A DNA stretch of 64,000 nucleotides from Cycas panzhihuaensis (lineage: Eukaryota; Plantae; Cycadophyta): positions 74,717,741-74,781,740 of the forward strand of contig CM041465.1 in the NCBI GenBank assembly GCA_023213395.1. Reading direction: 5' to 3'. Under the pieces are notes generated by a model. That model was not told the origin of the DNA. It saw only the letters and a program-made list of their open reading frames with translations, and did not search any database. Shown piece by piece: positions 41,639-59,951 of this stretch. Position numbers and translations under genes: made by a program. Every line of letters begins with the position of its first letter. Position 1 is the stretch's first letter.

Positions 41639-44600
41639 CAAAAGATTCCTAATAATGAGAAGTATTTATCCTTAGGAGAGGACAAACTTGTATACCAGGG
41701 ATTCTAATCCCTACGTGATTAAGCAAGTCTTAAATAAAGGGATAAAATCTACCCTAGGGGGACCAAACAAGAGAATCTATACCTATATGCAATTCAAGAT
41801 TGAATGCTAACAACAATTATGTATGTAACACAATAATTAAATCATGCATAAATGGATGTAATTCCTTTCCTTTCTTTTGTTTGTCTTCCTTAAAGGGATT
41901 ATAAAGGAAAGAAACTAAGCACATAAGTGAAAAAGGATTCTAAGTTCTTTCATTACACTTATGGTTATCTGAGTTGCTATTCTTTCATTTCTTTTTTAAT
42001 CTTTTATGACCTACTTAGTAGAAAAAGAAAGAATATAATAATCTACAAAATATGCAATCATAAATTTTAATTTCAAATCAAACATTCACTTCTTATCTTT
42101 CCTTTTTACGAGTAAACAAGGAAGAGAGATTAATCTATAATTCAATAAGAAACATAAGTGAGAACTCATTACCTTTTCTTTTCTTTCTATTTTATTTTTG
42201 TGTAAACTTAAGGATGAAAAAGAAATTTGCCAAAAGATGAAGATAAGATAAGTACCTTACCATAGGGCTATAAAACAATAGTTTCATCCTCTTTTGATTA
42301 ACACCATTTTAGAGTGAAGTCATTTGATCAAACAAGCAACATAATTTGATATCAAAATCATCCATTTTTGAAAGAAGAACTCTGAATCCAACCTTGGAAA
42401 TATATCAAAATTTTAATAATATTTCTACTGTACATGAGGAATTTTGATAGCAAATGAATACATAAAGTTGTCCAAAACTCTATGGAAGAGAGTAAGGACA
42501 CTCAACTAATAACAAGTCACCTTTCTTGTCATTCATCTCTTTACAAAGAATTGACTTGATTTATTTAACCCTTTATTGGGACTAGCTTCTTTGTAAATTA
42601 TGAGTAGGAATAAGAAAAGGGTAAAAAAAATGATTTAGATTAATGGTAGTTAATATTATAGATTGAAACTAGTTTAATCCCACAAAATGACCCCTTTTAG
42701 TGTTTCTAATAATGAAAAATAAGATGGAGATTGAAATCGTTTTGATCCCCAAGTCATATCACTCAATAAACCAAAATAAATAAACAAGCTCTAATAAAAA
42801 AGAATAGAAATAACAATAAAAAACTCCTTAAAAAAAAAAAAACTTTCAAATTGAACTAAAGAAAACTACTCTAATTGATAAAATAAGCATTGAATTAGAG
42901 AAAAAAGGTACTTCAAACTTGGTGAAAATGTATGTAATGTGTCTTTGATTAATGCCATGTTCCTATCCAACATGTTCTAGAAGGAGCTCCAAACACCATA
43001 AGAATTAGAAACTTGGTAGTGGGGGAGAATAGATGTTATGGGGGAGAATATAGTGTCAAAAAGAGTAGTGGAAACTAAGAGAAGATGCCCCAACAAGTGG
43101 GTGGAGGGTGAGTTTGAGAACTAAGAAATAATTGAGCTAAAAATGGATCTCCAATCTTTCTAATAGATTTCATAAACTTCTAAGAAGGTGACTTATAATC
43201 CACTTTAAACAGTAATAGTTCACTAACAAGGAGTGTTGGAAAAAATTTGGAAGTACTTTGTTACGCTAATAACTCTCCTCTTTCCTCTAAAAATGCATAA
43301 GGATTTATAGAAGAAGAGAGGGAGGAGGATAGTTAAGAAAACCATGGTTTTTGCCCATAGTTTAATTGAATTTTCTTGATTAAATCTTACATGGAGGAAG
43401 GTAAGACAATCATGGATTAGTCAGGGAAAGTGGGATGATGCCATGCTATGAATTTGACTAGACATTAGATTAAAATAGGTGAGAAAATTATGTTATGTTT
43501 CTTAATTTATAGATATAACAATAAAAAATATGATAGATAACTAAAAAGAGGATAATATAAATAAAATGTAAAATATTACAAGTTGTCATGTTTTATTTGT
43601 ATTGTCATATTCTTGATTTATAAAAAATGCACTAAAATAGGGATGCTAGAAAACATAGAAGTAAAGAATAGAAATTGATAAAACTAACTTGTTGGGCCCT
43701 CTAAAAGTAGTAATGGATTTAATGAAGACTAGATTACAATAATAAAACATTAAAAAGTGGTAGACATGAGACTAAAATGGATCATAATTCTTGATAGTAT
43801 TGAAAAAGAAATGATCAAGAAGAAAAGACTTGGAGAAATTTACTAATTATGTTAAATAAGAGCATTAAATCATATCATAGTATCGATGATTGATAAATAA
43901 AGATTATCACAATCATATACATTCAATTATCTAATTGGTAATCCTTCAACTCTCATTACTTAAAACAAAGTGATGAATATATAATCATGTCCCAACTAAA
44001 GCTTTTCAAATCAAACAATCAACTAAAGTAAATCCGAGAACCAAAATGTTAACCAAGTGATATCTATTAAATAAACATAAAATATAACTAGTAAATAACT
44101 TGAGCAAACAAATCAAGATATAAACCTAACCACACTAAAAGGGCTAGTTACAATGAATCAACCTTTTACACCACCACCTCCTCCTCCTACTGGGGGCACA
44201 ATAACTAGTTAGTAAACCTAACCTTATCTATCACCTTCCCCATATGGTGAGCTCTTATCACTATATAGAGGACTCCCTCTACCTTGTGAGGGGCTTCCTC
44301 TAGCCCCATTCTTCCCTCCTCAATTGGTACCATCCTCCCTGGCTAAAGCCTAAGTGATCCCCATATAAGGAATTGTTATCAAGTCATTATATGCCATAGT
44401 ATCTAAAGTAGGCACCCCTACATATCTCCCCATAAATCTCTCTAGGTTGTCTCCTCATTGACCACATGACTTATTTATTGATTGTTGACTCCATCCCTCT
44501 CAAATCTCCCATGACCATTTAGGATCGTATTATACTCAAGTGATTAAATAACCATGCCTAAAGGATAGAACAATATGAAAAAACCTCCTTTGCCTCATTA

Positions 44601-45317
44601 TCTAATGGTCATAAGCTACTCCCTTATGAATCATAAAATCAACAAGGGCCAATTATACCTCACCCCTCTCTAACATTGCTGTATCACTAAGAACCATCTG
44701 CTTGAAATACCTAAATAGTTTTATTAATCAACTATCTAAAACATAATAGTGAGGGTCAAGACCCTCTGCCTTAGTAGTATCTCATCAACACTCTAGATTA
44801 CCTAAAGTTTCATTTTATTATAGACCTAATAATCTATCCTACCTACTAGATACAAACACTCCTATCCATAGGCCCCATTTACTAGCATGAGGGTAATCCT
44901 CACTCTCTATCCCTATATAAAAACACCAAGAATCCATCTAATATAGTATATTGTAATCTACAGAAGACTTATAGACTAAGACCTAAATACATGTACCTAT
45001 GGTACCCAATAATTACCCAGATTAGTAAGAAATATAATGTCCATAGCTAGTGTGCTACCTAAGTAGACCCTAAGTAGTCAATATTTTTGTAGCATGGGCC
45101 AACTACCATCTACTAAAGCATTATAAATCTCTTTAAGAAGTCATCCATCATTATCTCATGATCATATATGGCAGACTCTTTACATCATCTAATACCTAAA
45201 GCATTGGTCAGCCCTAGTATAATGCCTCTAATTTACCTTCTACTTTTATTATATAATTAATCCCTAACCTTGAAAACCTTATTAAGATAAAATATCATAT
45301 TTTTCTCTTAAAATTAT

Positions 45318-45488
45318 AATTTTGATAGGGTCATACTGTCAAAATTTAAATGACCTCAAACTCTTGATAATCTTGTTATGAAATTTGATGGTGCAGTCAA
45401 AATTTTGATGACACCACCAAATTTTTTGATGGTATGTTAGAAATTTAACATGGCCCCTTAAATTTTGATAGGTTAGTCCTGTCAAAAT
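45318..45488. repeat. Cluster of short palindromic TTTTGA...TCAAAA motifs
   Basis: AATTTTGATAG-GGTCATA-CTGTCAAAATT at 45318 and a similar copy at 45461, with degenerate ~20-bp units between. Confidence 0.6.
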
Positions 45489-46693
45489 ATGGAAAAAATT
45501 ATAAAACTACAAATAAAAAATAAATCAAAGATTTTTAATAACTGGAAATCACTTTGTGACCTCATTAAACATCATTGCTCTTAATTTGTAAAATATAAAG
45601 GTCAATTTGCTTCGTATTTAACCAATTTGGATGATTTCCAACATTGAAATTTCCTTTTTCTAACCCCCATTCTATTTTTGATAGAAAAAAGACCATTAAA
45701 ATTCACCGAATATAATCTTTATGGATCCATGATCTTGATAGATTTAAAACACAATTGTTTTCTCATTAAACAAACTACTAGTCATCCTATAGTGACTAAA
45801 CCTCCATCATGGGTGGTTGTTTTCTCCCAAATTATTTTGGCGAAAATGAATGGGATTCTCCCCTTTTAATATTTTTTCTTCATTTTTTAATCACATACAT
45901 GTTTGAACTCTATTTCTTATGTTGTTTCTTTTATTTGATCTATTTTTCTTTTGTGTTTGATGGTATTGTGTAAGATGTCTTATTTCTTTACTTTAATCTA
46001 GCAATTTAGTGGAATTTTATAGGGACTTTTCACCCCATAGTTACTAGCCTCCCACTTTTTTAATAAAATTATCACAACCTAGTCATTATCTAATCATTTT
46101 ATTACCCCTCATCTTAGTTTCACTCTTTTTGGTTTATTGACATATTCCGCCTTATTCTACACATATTTGTTGTAATTTATAAGGATTAATTTTGCATTTG
46201 CCTCACTTCTAATTAAATTCTAATAACTTAGTTATGGCATAGTTTGACCTCTAGTCCCCTTCCCCCCCAACCCTACCACTCTATTATTATTTTTGTACTA
46301 TTATCTATATTATTATTCTATTATCGATCATACTCGTGTCGTTTTCATAAAGTATACAAGTTTATAGTTCCTTCTTATATCCCTAGGTTAGTTAGGGATC
46401 ATACAATCCATTTCTTCCATCATAGTCATCGGAGTGAATAGGGCATTTGCTTCAACACACCCCTTTCCTTAATAATCACTATCATAGACCACCACCTCAA
46501 TACATGGGGTAGCTCGCATGATGGTCTCATCCCCATGTATCGCTTGGTAGTTTAGTTGTAGGTTGTTCGGTTCATTTAGCAATTTTGGATCTTAGTTATA
46601 GACCACTAATTCCCTCCAATAATTAAATCTTATTTAACACTATGACATATATTCAAATTTAAAGTATGAAGGAAGAAAGTAAAGTGAAGTGTT

Positions 46694-50551
<3,858 letters not shown>

Positions 50552-51652
50552 GTGTTAATATTCTCTTTAAAAACAATATTTTAGTATTAGGAATAGGTTG
50601 AATGGTGACCTTATTCCCAACTATTATTTGGTAGTTTGGATCCAAATTATTTTCAATCCTTAGGACCTTTAAATTTGACCTTGTAGCCTAATGTAGCTCT
50701 CAATTGAATCAAAACCTATTGTGGTTATCGACTCTGATCTTTGTACCACTTATGAATGCTCTTGTTCTCTTATGGTTTCACTTAAACATATTTCTCGTTA
50801 ACAGTTTCCTACCATCCTCTATTTGTTTAATAGTTCCTTGATCAAACTTCCACAAGTTGTGACCATGTTGGAATTCTTCATTCATAAAAATGAGGGAAGT
50901 TAGGGAAACGTTAGGTATTTCATTGATACCTATATTATTTATTCTTCTCTCAATCAAGTCATTATAAGTGCAAGGCTTTTTTTTATTCTTGTCTCCCCTG
51001 TACTACAAACAACCTATATGAGTATGTCACTATTATAGGGGCTCTTTTAGATGCCACCCACGCCTATCTCTCTTATATTGTCCTTTGTATGGATTTCCTC
51101 ATAGTTACTTATCAGTTAACTAGCATATGCTAAACCCTTAGCCCTTAACTTTGTGTGTTTGTTAACTTAGCTAGGTCTCTTTTAGCATGCTTTGTTCACA
51201 TTCAAATATGCCATGTTCCTAGAGCCCAAAAGTTTGAGGCTGATGGTCTTATTCATCATATCCTAGCTTAGTATTTGTAGCTACATCTTGTTGATAACTT
51301 TTAATATGTTATGACTCTTTGATCATTGAGCTTCAACTGCCAAAGGGGTAAATGATTCCCTAAATATTGGCCTTCTTAATACTCAAGTATGAATTCCTCT
51401 TCATTTTTCTTTGGTCATTATGATTTTCTTATTGAGATATTGTTGTATGCTAAGACCACCTTTTTTAGGACACTTATTATTGGAATTAAACATGCATTAA
51501 ATCAAAGGATTTTTTCTTATAATATTGGCAACCTTCATGTACTTTATCTTAGTATATTATTTAATTTAGCTTTTCAAATTATTGCTTATTTTAACTCCTT
51601 ATTTTATTTGATTTTTTAGATTTTAATGGGTTTGATCTACCACCATTATACT

Positions 51653-54600
51653 TGTTAGAATTGCATAATGGAATGTGTTTGAGTAATTATATTTAAGATT
51701 GTAAAAGTAAAGCCATATTATATACATAGGATGAACAACAGGTTTGGACAAGTGGAAAATCCATTTAGAGGATAAAACATCACCTTAGAAAATAATAGAT
51801 AATATTATCAAAATGTATACTATATAATTAACATATCTAGCCCTATTCTCCTTATTTTTTTAGGAGTGAAAATAGGACACTTTAAATAGGTTGAGATGAG
51901 AAACTACCTAATCAACTATTTTTTTAATTAATACATTATATAAGATAACTTTTTATTAAATGAAATGCACATTAGATTAAAAGACATAAGATAACATTAG
52001 TTGCTAACATCCCCATTTAATCATATCTTATGTATAAAGAAAGATGATGAAAAATTCATCATGTTGATCCTTCTTTGATGAAGACTTCATCAATCTTGAT
52101 TAGTTAATGCAACTTATCAAACTTAGCCTATGTAAGTAGCTTAGTTAAGATATATGTAGCTTAAATATTTGTAGGAACTTTCAAATAAAATGTTGATGTA
52201 ATTTAATATACTTTATTCTAGAATGAGCAGTAAGATTAGTAGCAATTGAAATAACACTTTGATTACCAACATTTAATTTTATAAAAGGTTAAGAAGAATG
52301 AATTTCATTGAATAAAGACTAAATCTATAGTACTTCTTTACTTGCTTCAATGAGAGCTCTATAATTAACTTTAGTTGTAGAAAGTGCTAATGAGTGAATC
52401 TTTTTACTTGACTAGTTTATTAGAGAAGAGTCTAGAAAAAAAAGTACCTAATTACAAATTTCCTTTCATTAGTATCTATTTCCCAATCAGAATCTATATA
52501 ACCAGTTATCTCAAGATAATCATAAGATTATTTATAGGTTAAACCAAATGGGTTATACCTTTAAGGTAGTTTAAAACTTTTTGGCTACTTTTTAATGTGA
52601 TTTGTATGGTTATTGCATGAATTTGGAATACAAAACTACAGAGTAAGAAATATTAAGACGTGTGTATAATATAATTTAAACTATCAATCAATTATCAATA
52701 TAGGGTTGGAGCAATTAGTGATGTAGTGTAGTTAATAGTCAACTTGGTTATGAACTGTATAGGGGTTGGGGTAGGTTTGCAATCTTCTATATTAAATCTT
52801 TTAAGAAGGTCTAAAATATATTCAGGTTAAAAAATAATAATTTTAGTTTCATTTTAAAAGACTTGAAGTCCTAAGAAGTAATATAGTAAACCTAGGTTTG
52901 TTATTTTAAATTGAGACATTAAGTTAGATTTTAAATTTAAAATATCAGAAGTGGAAGGTCTAGTGATTATAATGTCATCTACATAAAAAATTAAGAAGGT
53001 AATATCATTATTATCTTTCTTAAAGTAGAGATTAGGATGAGTAATATATTTAGTAAAACCATTATTTAAAATATATTGATCAATTTTATTGTACCAAGCC
53101 CTAGGGGCTTATTTAAGTCCATATAAAGATTATTTTAGTTTACAAATTAAACTAGGATATAAAATAAAACCTTGAGGTTGTTTCATATAAATTTCTTCTT
53201 CTAAGTTGCCATTTAAAAAAGTGCTTTTAGCATACATTTGATGTATTTTCTAACTAAATTTAGCTTTAAGTGATATAATAATTTTAATAGTGTTCATTTT
53301 AGTTACTGGAGAAAATGTTTTATTATAGTCTATACCATCAACTTGAAAAAAATACTTTTAGCAACTAAATATATTTTATGTTTTTTAATAGCCCATTGAA
53401 AATTATATTTTGTATAATAGACCTACATACAGTCTACCAAATTTTTCCTTGAAGGAAGATGAACTAAGTACCAAGTGTTGTTTTAATAAGAGCATCAAAT
53501 TTATTATTTATTGCTTATTGCCAAACTAGATTTTGATTAGCTTCTTTAAATGAATTTGGATCAATTTGAATATTATCTTTGCCATAAGAGTAAAGTTAAC
53601 TTATTATTTTTGAGATCTAGTTTTCTTAGAATTATAAGGATTACCATCATCTTTTCTAATCAGACATGGTTTTCTTAACCCATTTAGGTTGGTTCTGATG
53701 TGTGATGGTTATTTTCTTAGTTTTATTAGGTTATGTTAAAGTCTAGTTTTGAACTTATTTCTCTAAATTTATCATGTATTCATTATTATTTTTAGTTTAT
53801 TCATTATTTAGTTTAGGTACAAAGTTATTTATGAGATTATCTTCAATAAGTAAAGATATTTGGTTGGGATTAGAATTTGATGAAGATCCTTCTTCATCAA
53901 ACTCAATGTTATGTCTAATAGATATAACATGCATTATTGGGTCAAATAAACAACAAACTTTTCTTTCTTCACTATATCCCATAAGAAGACACTTAGAGCT
54001 TTTAGGATCAAATTTTAAGATATCATTACACATGCAATACTTCCAAAGATTTTAAGATGTTTAATGATCAATTTTCTTCTAGATCATTTTTCTTTAGGTG
54101 TTATATTATGTAAGGATTTGGTTGGTAATCTATTTACCAAATAATTAGAGAAATTTATGGATTTTACCCAAAGTTTTAAATCTAAGATTTTTGAACATAA
54201 CATGAATTTGACTATTTTAATTAGAGTTCTATTTTTTTTTCAGCCACCTCATTTTGTTGTTGAGTATAGACGACTGTATATTGAAGTTTAATACCATTTT
54301 TCTGTAGTAAGTATTGAATTCTTTACTCATATACTCTTTATCATTATCTATTCTTAGAATTTTAATTTTATAGTTAGATTTATTTTCTACTAATACTTTG
54401 AATTCTAAGAAAGTATTAAAATTTTCACTATATTTTTTGAGAATATACACCTAATACTTTCTTGAATAATTTGTAATAAAGGTTGTAAAGTAGCAACTAC
54501 TGGAATAAGAGTTTACTTGAAAAGGTCCATAAATATTTGAATGGATGAGTTCTAAGGGTATATTAATTCTAAAACTAGTTTTTTGTGGAAAAAAAATCCA

Positions 54601-56159
54601 TGTATTATTTGCATGTCATATAAGATTTACATACTCCATAGATGGTTTTAAGAGGAGGTAGTCTAACAACCATGTTATGTTAAGTTAGGAATCATAGTTT
54701 TTTATAACTTGTATGACCAAAATGAGTATGCCAAATTTTATTGACTAGGTTTAATTGGGTAATAAAGGAAGTGAAGGTTTTCTATTTAGTAGAATGAGTT
54801 AGATCAAATAGACTATAGAGATTGATCTTATGATCAACAAGTCTAGAAGCAATGGCTGTGAATTTATTTAATAGTTGCTTAATGATAAACTTATCTTTTT
54901 AAAATTCAACAACAAGATCTTTATGAAAAATTTGATAAATAGATAGAAAATTAGGTAAAAGACTAGGGACATAAACAACATTATCACTTAAGCCATATTT
55001 TAAGGGAACATTGCTAGTTCCATCTACTTGGAGCTTGGAACCACTTTTAAAAGAAATTTCTTCTTTAGAATTGAGTCCTAGTTTGTAAGTAGATAATAGT
55101 TCTTATTTTCTTTTCATATAATGAGTAGCTTCAAAATCTAAAATCCAAGAAAGAGTTTGTATGGTTAGAGTAGAAAAGACTGATGTAGAAGTAGTTAAAG
55201 AATGATTTGGTTGAATACCTCCAGAAGCATTCCAAGTTTCATAAGTAATTCTATTTCTATATACATCAATGGTATGGCCTTTCTTATAATAGTAGGCATA
55301 GGTTAAGATAGAATTAGATTTAGAAAAGTTTTTATCTTGATAAAAGTTATTTTGTGTAGTTTGATTTTTGGAATTGGTGGGATTGAATTTTGGATGATTA
55401 CTAGGAATGGAATTCTTGTATGGTTTATTAGGTTTAAAAGCATTGTAATGTTTGGTAGTAATTTGAAAGTTTTGATATTTTGAGTTGGAGAAAAAAACCT
55501 ATGAGGGGTCTTTGAGTTCTTTTATTTAGATTAACATAGATTAATATTCAACTAACTTGTTTGTGAGTTCATAAAAGGAGATGACTAGATGACTATACTA
55601 TTGTCAAGTAGTTTTGTACTAATTAAAAGCTTTAGACATCTTATTAATGGTAAGACATATGAGTGTTTAGTCATCCTTGGTATGGGTAATAGTTGTGGTT
55701 ATGTCTTTTGCTTTAATAACTATTTTAATGCAATCACCAAGCTCAATGTTGATTGACTATAAGTGAGATAGAAATTCTTTAACTCTTAAAAAATCTTTAT
55801 ACTTTAGATCATATAGTTTCTATTCTAAAATGGATACTTGAGTGGTATCTATCTTCTTATACTTCTTTTAAAGTTTAGTCCAAATAGTGGAAAGCCTATC
55901 TATATCAATGAATTATCATATGATATTAGGAATGAGAGAGAGAGGTGAGGATGATGCTTAAGGCTCCATCAGAGTTCATTAGATATACCACATAGGCATT
56001 TAAGGTTTTGTTTGAAGGTGGTTTGAATTCTTTAGTAATGTATTTCCACAACTTTTGGTATTTAAGTATATTAGACGTTTTAAGATTTCAATCAACATAA
56101 TTTTGGTTGGTTAGAATTGAAATTTTAGTGGAGGGCATTGTCCCTAGCATGAGACCCAT
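51653..56159 (-). mobile_element. Very old Ty1/Copia element (gag-protease-integrase-RT-RNase H remnants, candidate 3' LTR)
   Basis: gag ILTNQNYVD*NLK, knuckle remnant YYYKKGHTIDV, protease SWILDFEATHYM, integrase KIKILRIDNDKEY and KFDPKSSKCLLMGYS, RT IFYVDDIIIT, RNase H GYIDSDW. Candidate LTR 51653-52009 (TGTTAG...CTAACA) next to a PPT-like tract. 5' LTR not identified. Confidence 0.85.
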
Positions 56160-59100
56160 TTTGGAAAAGAGATCCACATTAAAAAAGATCCTCTCTTTTA
56201 TGTTTGAACTAATTAACTCAAGTAATTAAATAAGTAAGAAATGTATTTATTTTAAGATAATTTTTAATTGCATTCCATAATCTTAAATTATTGAGAGATA
56301 GAAATATATACTAAGTAGAAAATAGCTTTACTTTACTTTTTTAAACATGTTGTGCTTTAAAAGGAAGAAGAAAATATATATTGTAAAGCAAATTAGATCT
56401 CCCAATTCTCCTTGTGAGGATAGGATGAATCATTATAGGCATTATTAATTATCTTTTATTAATATAATATCTCATATATATTTGGAGGTAAAATTTCCCA
56501 TTATTTTTCATATTAAATATAATGTCACTTATATGATTACATGATTAGCTCTTTGCCCTTATCAGTATTCTTTTATTACATTAATTATATTATTGATTGA
56601 TCATATGATTACATTTATCTACTTTCTTGATTATATAGGTTGTTATCATACTATTAACAATCTATGATAGAATTTTAATATGATATCAAAGTTTATACAT
56701 AAGTCATTTCATAAAATTTAACATCAAGAGTAAAATCATTAACCTAAATATTAAGGACAATAATACCTAGGGTATTATGCCTTTAGAAGGTAAACCAATT
56801 AGGGTGAAATAAGATAGAATCAAGGGCATAATCATGGATAGATTCAAAGGTAAAATATAAGTTATTAAGGATAAAATTTAGGCTTTCATTCTCAAGGAAA
56901 AAATTCAAAGAAAAATTTAGGATAAAATACAAGGAAAAATTTAAATTTTCAAAGATAAAATTTATAATTTCATTCTAGGAAAGAATAGATTCTATGGATG
57001 CCTATATTTTAGTACTTTAAGCTTATACGTTAGATTTTGATATTTTAGATACTTCTTAGATTGAGAATTTTGATTATTTACTTTAGAAGATATTTGATAA
57101 TTGCAATCATGATGTTTATTTTTATGAAAAGATTACTATATAAGATTATGGTTATTCACTTCAATAGATGCTTGATACTTTCAATTATGGTATTTATTTA
57201 AATGAAAAGATTGTTATAGAAAATGATGTTAAGAATTATGTTATAAGTGTATATAACGTTGATTTCAAAAGTGGATCTATTAGTAAGGTATGTTGGAAAA
57301 ATATAGCCCATGGACCTGTTGGTATATGTGATGGATATGTTCAAGTAAAACATTTAGTTCATATATATTTTTCATCTCATGGTATGACAAGCTTGATCTT
57401 ATTACCTCTCTAATATACAAAATAGAGCAAGATAACCAAAATATAGATAGATATGGATAAAGTGGAAGATGGACATGAAGAGCACTAAATGAGAACCAAA
57501 AGACATCAAAGTGAATCCTAATAAGATTATATTCATCAATATAAGATTACAATGAGTAGGATATCATATATATAGAAGAATCACCCTATTATTATGTTAT
57601 TCTTATGCTAAACTAACCAATTATATATTTTTCCTATTATTAAATACTCTTAAACTATTTAACCTACTTAACCTCCTAATAAATTAATCCTTTAACATGT
57701 GGTAAAGTCTAATCATATGCCCTCCCCTCTTAGATGCTTTTCCATTGAAGCATTTATATATAAAAGTATAAAGTGACCACCACTTGTTATTGTTATAATA
57801 TCTAGGGTGGATGGATCATTATTGAGATGAGGAGAGGAGGTTGTTATTGCTACACTTGCTAGCTAATGAAGTGGATGTATGATATACTGGTGTTTCCACC
57901 TTAGGAATGGATACTGAGTCACTTCGATTAAGTGCAGGTATGTCTCTCGCATTATCATCGCTTTCTTTTATTGGGTGTTTGCTTGCGTATCTGCATGTGT
58001 ATGACTTTGTAGGTGACCTTGTGGTCATCCACACTTATTTTTAGCCTATGATGACTATAGCAGGGGCACACTCCCAGCGAGTGTGGCACCCCAGTGACCA
58101 CATTACTTCCTGCATCTGCCCTCCTCGCTCCAGGATCCACTAGGCTTGCGCCACCTCACTTGATGTGACGACTCATCATCGTTTGGTTAGCTTGCCACCC
58201 CGTTTGAGTCTTATTTTTGCTCCCTTGGACCCGTTTGTTGGCTCGTGTACCCCCTGAGTAGATGTTTTAATCCCCTTTTTGCCCTTTCGGTCATCTGCCC
58301 CCAGCCTGGACTAGTTGGTGGGCCCCATTTTTGGCTCTAGGGGCGTACCGCCAGATTTTTTTTGATCTTGAGATATCCGTGGTACCGTGAAATTCTCAAG
58401 CAGACTCTGTATCAGGTTGTTTTTAAAAATCCACCGTGGTAATTTCGCATTTATTGCGAAACTACCACGTGGTTTGCGCCTTATTTCTCTTCCAGCCGCG
58501 CCCTAATCGCGCGCTTTAGGGTTTTGTTTGAGTACTTAAGCCCTTTTTGGCTCATTTTCAAAGATCTTTTGGCTCACTTTTGGAATTGCTCTCAAGGAAA
58601 CAATTCACCCTACGCACCTTCACCCCTTATTCGAAGCAGTGAAGGGTCACCCGATAGTAGCCATACTCCATTGCAGATCCTGAACTCGCACTCCGGCACA
58701 CGGGGTGCTCTGCGTGATAGTTACTCACCTTTTAGGTTCCACCTTCTATCATTTCACCACTCACTCTCCCTTACACCTATCAGTTAGGTAGTTATCCCAT
58801 AGCGGTAGCGTCCTTTGGCGACCATCTTTGGAGGATTGCCGATGGGAGCTAGTTTCGCTCTCTTCGGTTGGTTTCGCTACTCTTGCGTGATCCTTTTTAT
58901 ACCTATCTCGATCTCTACATTAGGCAGCCCCCAACGCGTGTGTTTCTGGCTCTTTCTCTTTTCCTAACATCGTCGGTTGACCTTGCATGCGGCGTTTCTC
59001 GTCGTTCTTAATCTACCTCCTTTGTTAGAGGACCTCGAGTATCGCCTTCTTGCCTCGTCGGATTACGATCCGACTATGGAGGGATACTCTTGGATTGGAC

Positions 59101-59951
59101 CTACCACACTTCAACCATGGAAACCCATGCCTTTCCTTCGCTATTCACGGGTCCACCCAAGTGGGTGACGACCCCCTTTATTACCCAAATGACCAACACC
59201 TTTCACTTAACGCCCATCCTTCTACCCATGCCGTGGAAGGATCCGTTCCACTTGAGGCTTGCCACATAGTTGGCGATTCTTATGAGGAACATTCCGAGGA
59301 ACCTACTTTGTTCGAGGTTCTGATCACCTCTTACGAGTATGTAGGGACCCCTCCTGTTGACGTAGTTGAAGCTCTTAGTGAGTATCGCCACGCAGCACGC
59401 TTGCAGCCGCGCCCTGGATGGCTTGAGGATGCCCTTCGTGGAGGAGCCTCTTCCTCTTCTGCTCCTCCGATGCATGCCTCATCCTCATCCACCCTTCCTG
59501 TGACAACAAATCCCTTCGTGCCTACACGTACGTCCCACTCATTTCTTATTCCTACAGTGGGGGAATGTATGGCACCTTCCATCCCTCATCAAGGTCCTAA
59601 TGCCTTAGGATCTTCTCATGGTGTGTCTTTCCCTCAATTGAGGGTTAGAATACCCGCTCCTAATCAAACCAATGTGCCATCCCCTAATGTGGCACATGCT
59701 GCTCCTAGTAGGCCTATTGGCCCTACTAGCTTTCCAATCACTAGTCATGTGGGATTCGCTCCCACGCATCCTCTAACCCAGCACGTTGGTGCTTCCTTCT
59801 ATGTTCCCCCAAGGTATACTTCTCAACCTTAGGGGCAAGGTAGAGGAAGCCGTCTTCCCATTTATGGGGTGGATCCACTACACCCATATGGAGTCGCTCC
59901 ACCTACGGGTGGCCCATATGGGCAAAACCCGGTTCCACATCCTGCTTACCC

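Noticed and set aside
43020-43050. Tandem GGGGGAGAAT as a polypurine tract
   Set aside because: No adjacent LTR could be identified.
56340-57700. Possible small LTR/TRIM element or the missing Copia 5' LTR
   Set aside because: Several TG/CA-like ends but no convincing LTR pair, PBS or TSD by eye.
58084-58826. PBS candidates TGGCACCCCAGTG (~58084) and TGGCGACCATC (~58816) for the Tat/Ogre element
   Set aside because: Neither directly follows a CA LTR end, and the second LTR is outside the window, so neither can be confirmed.
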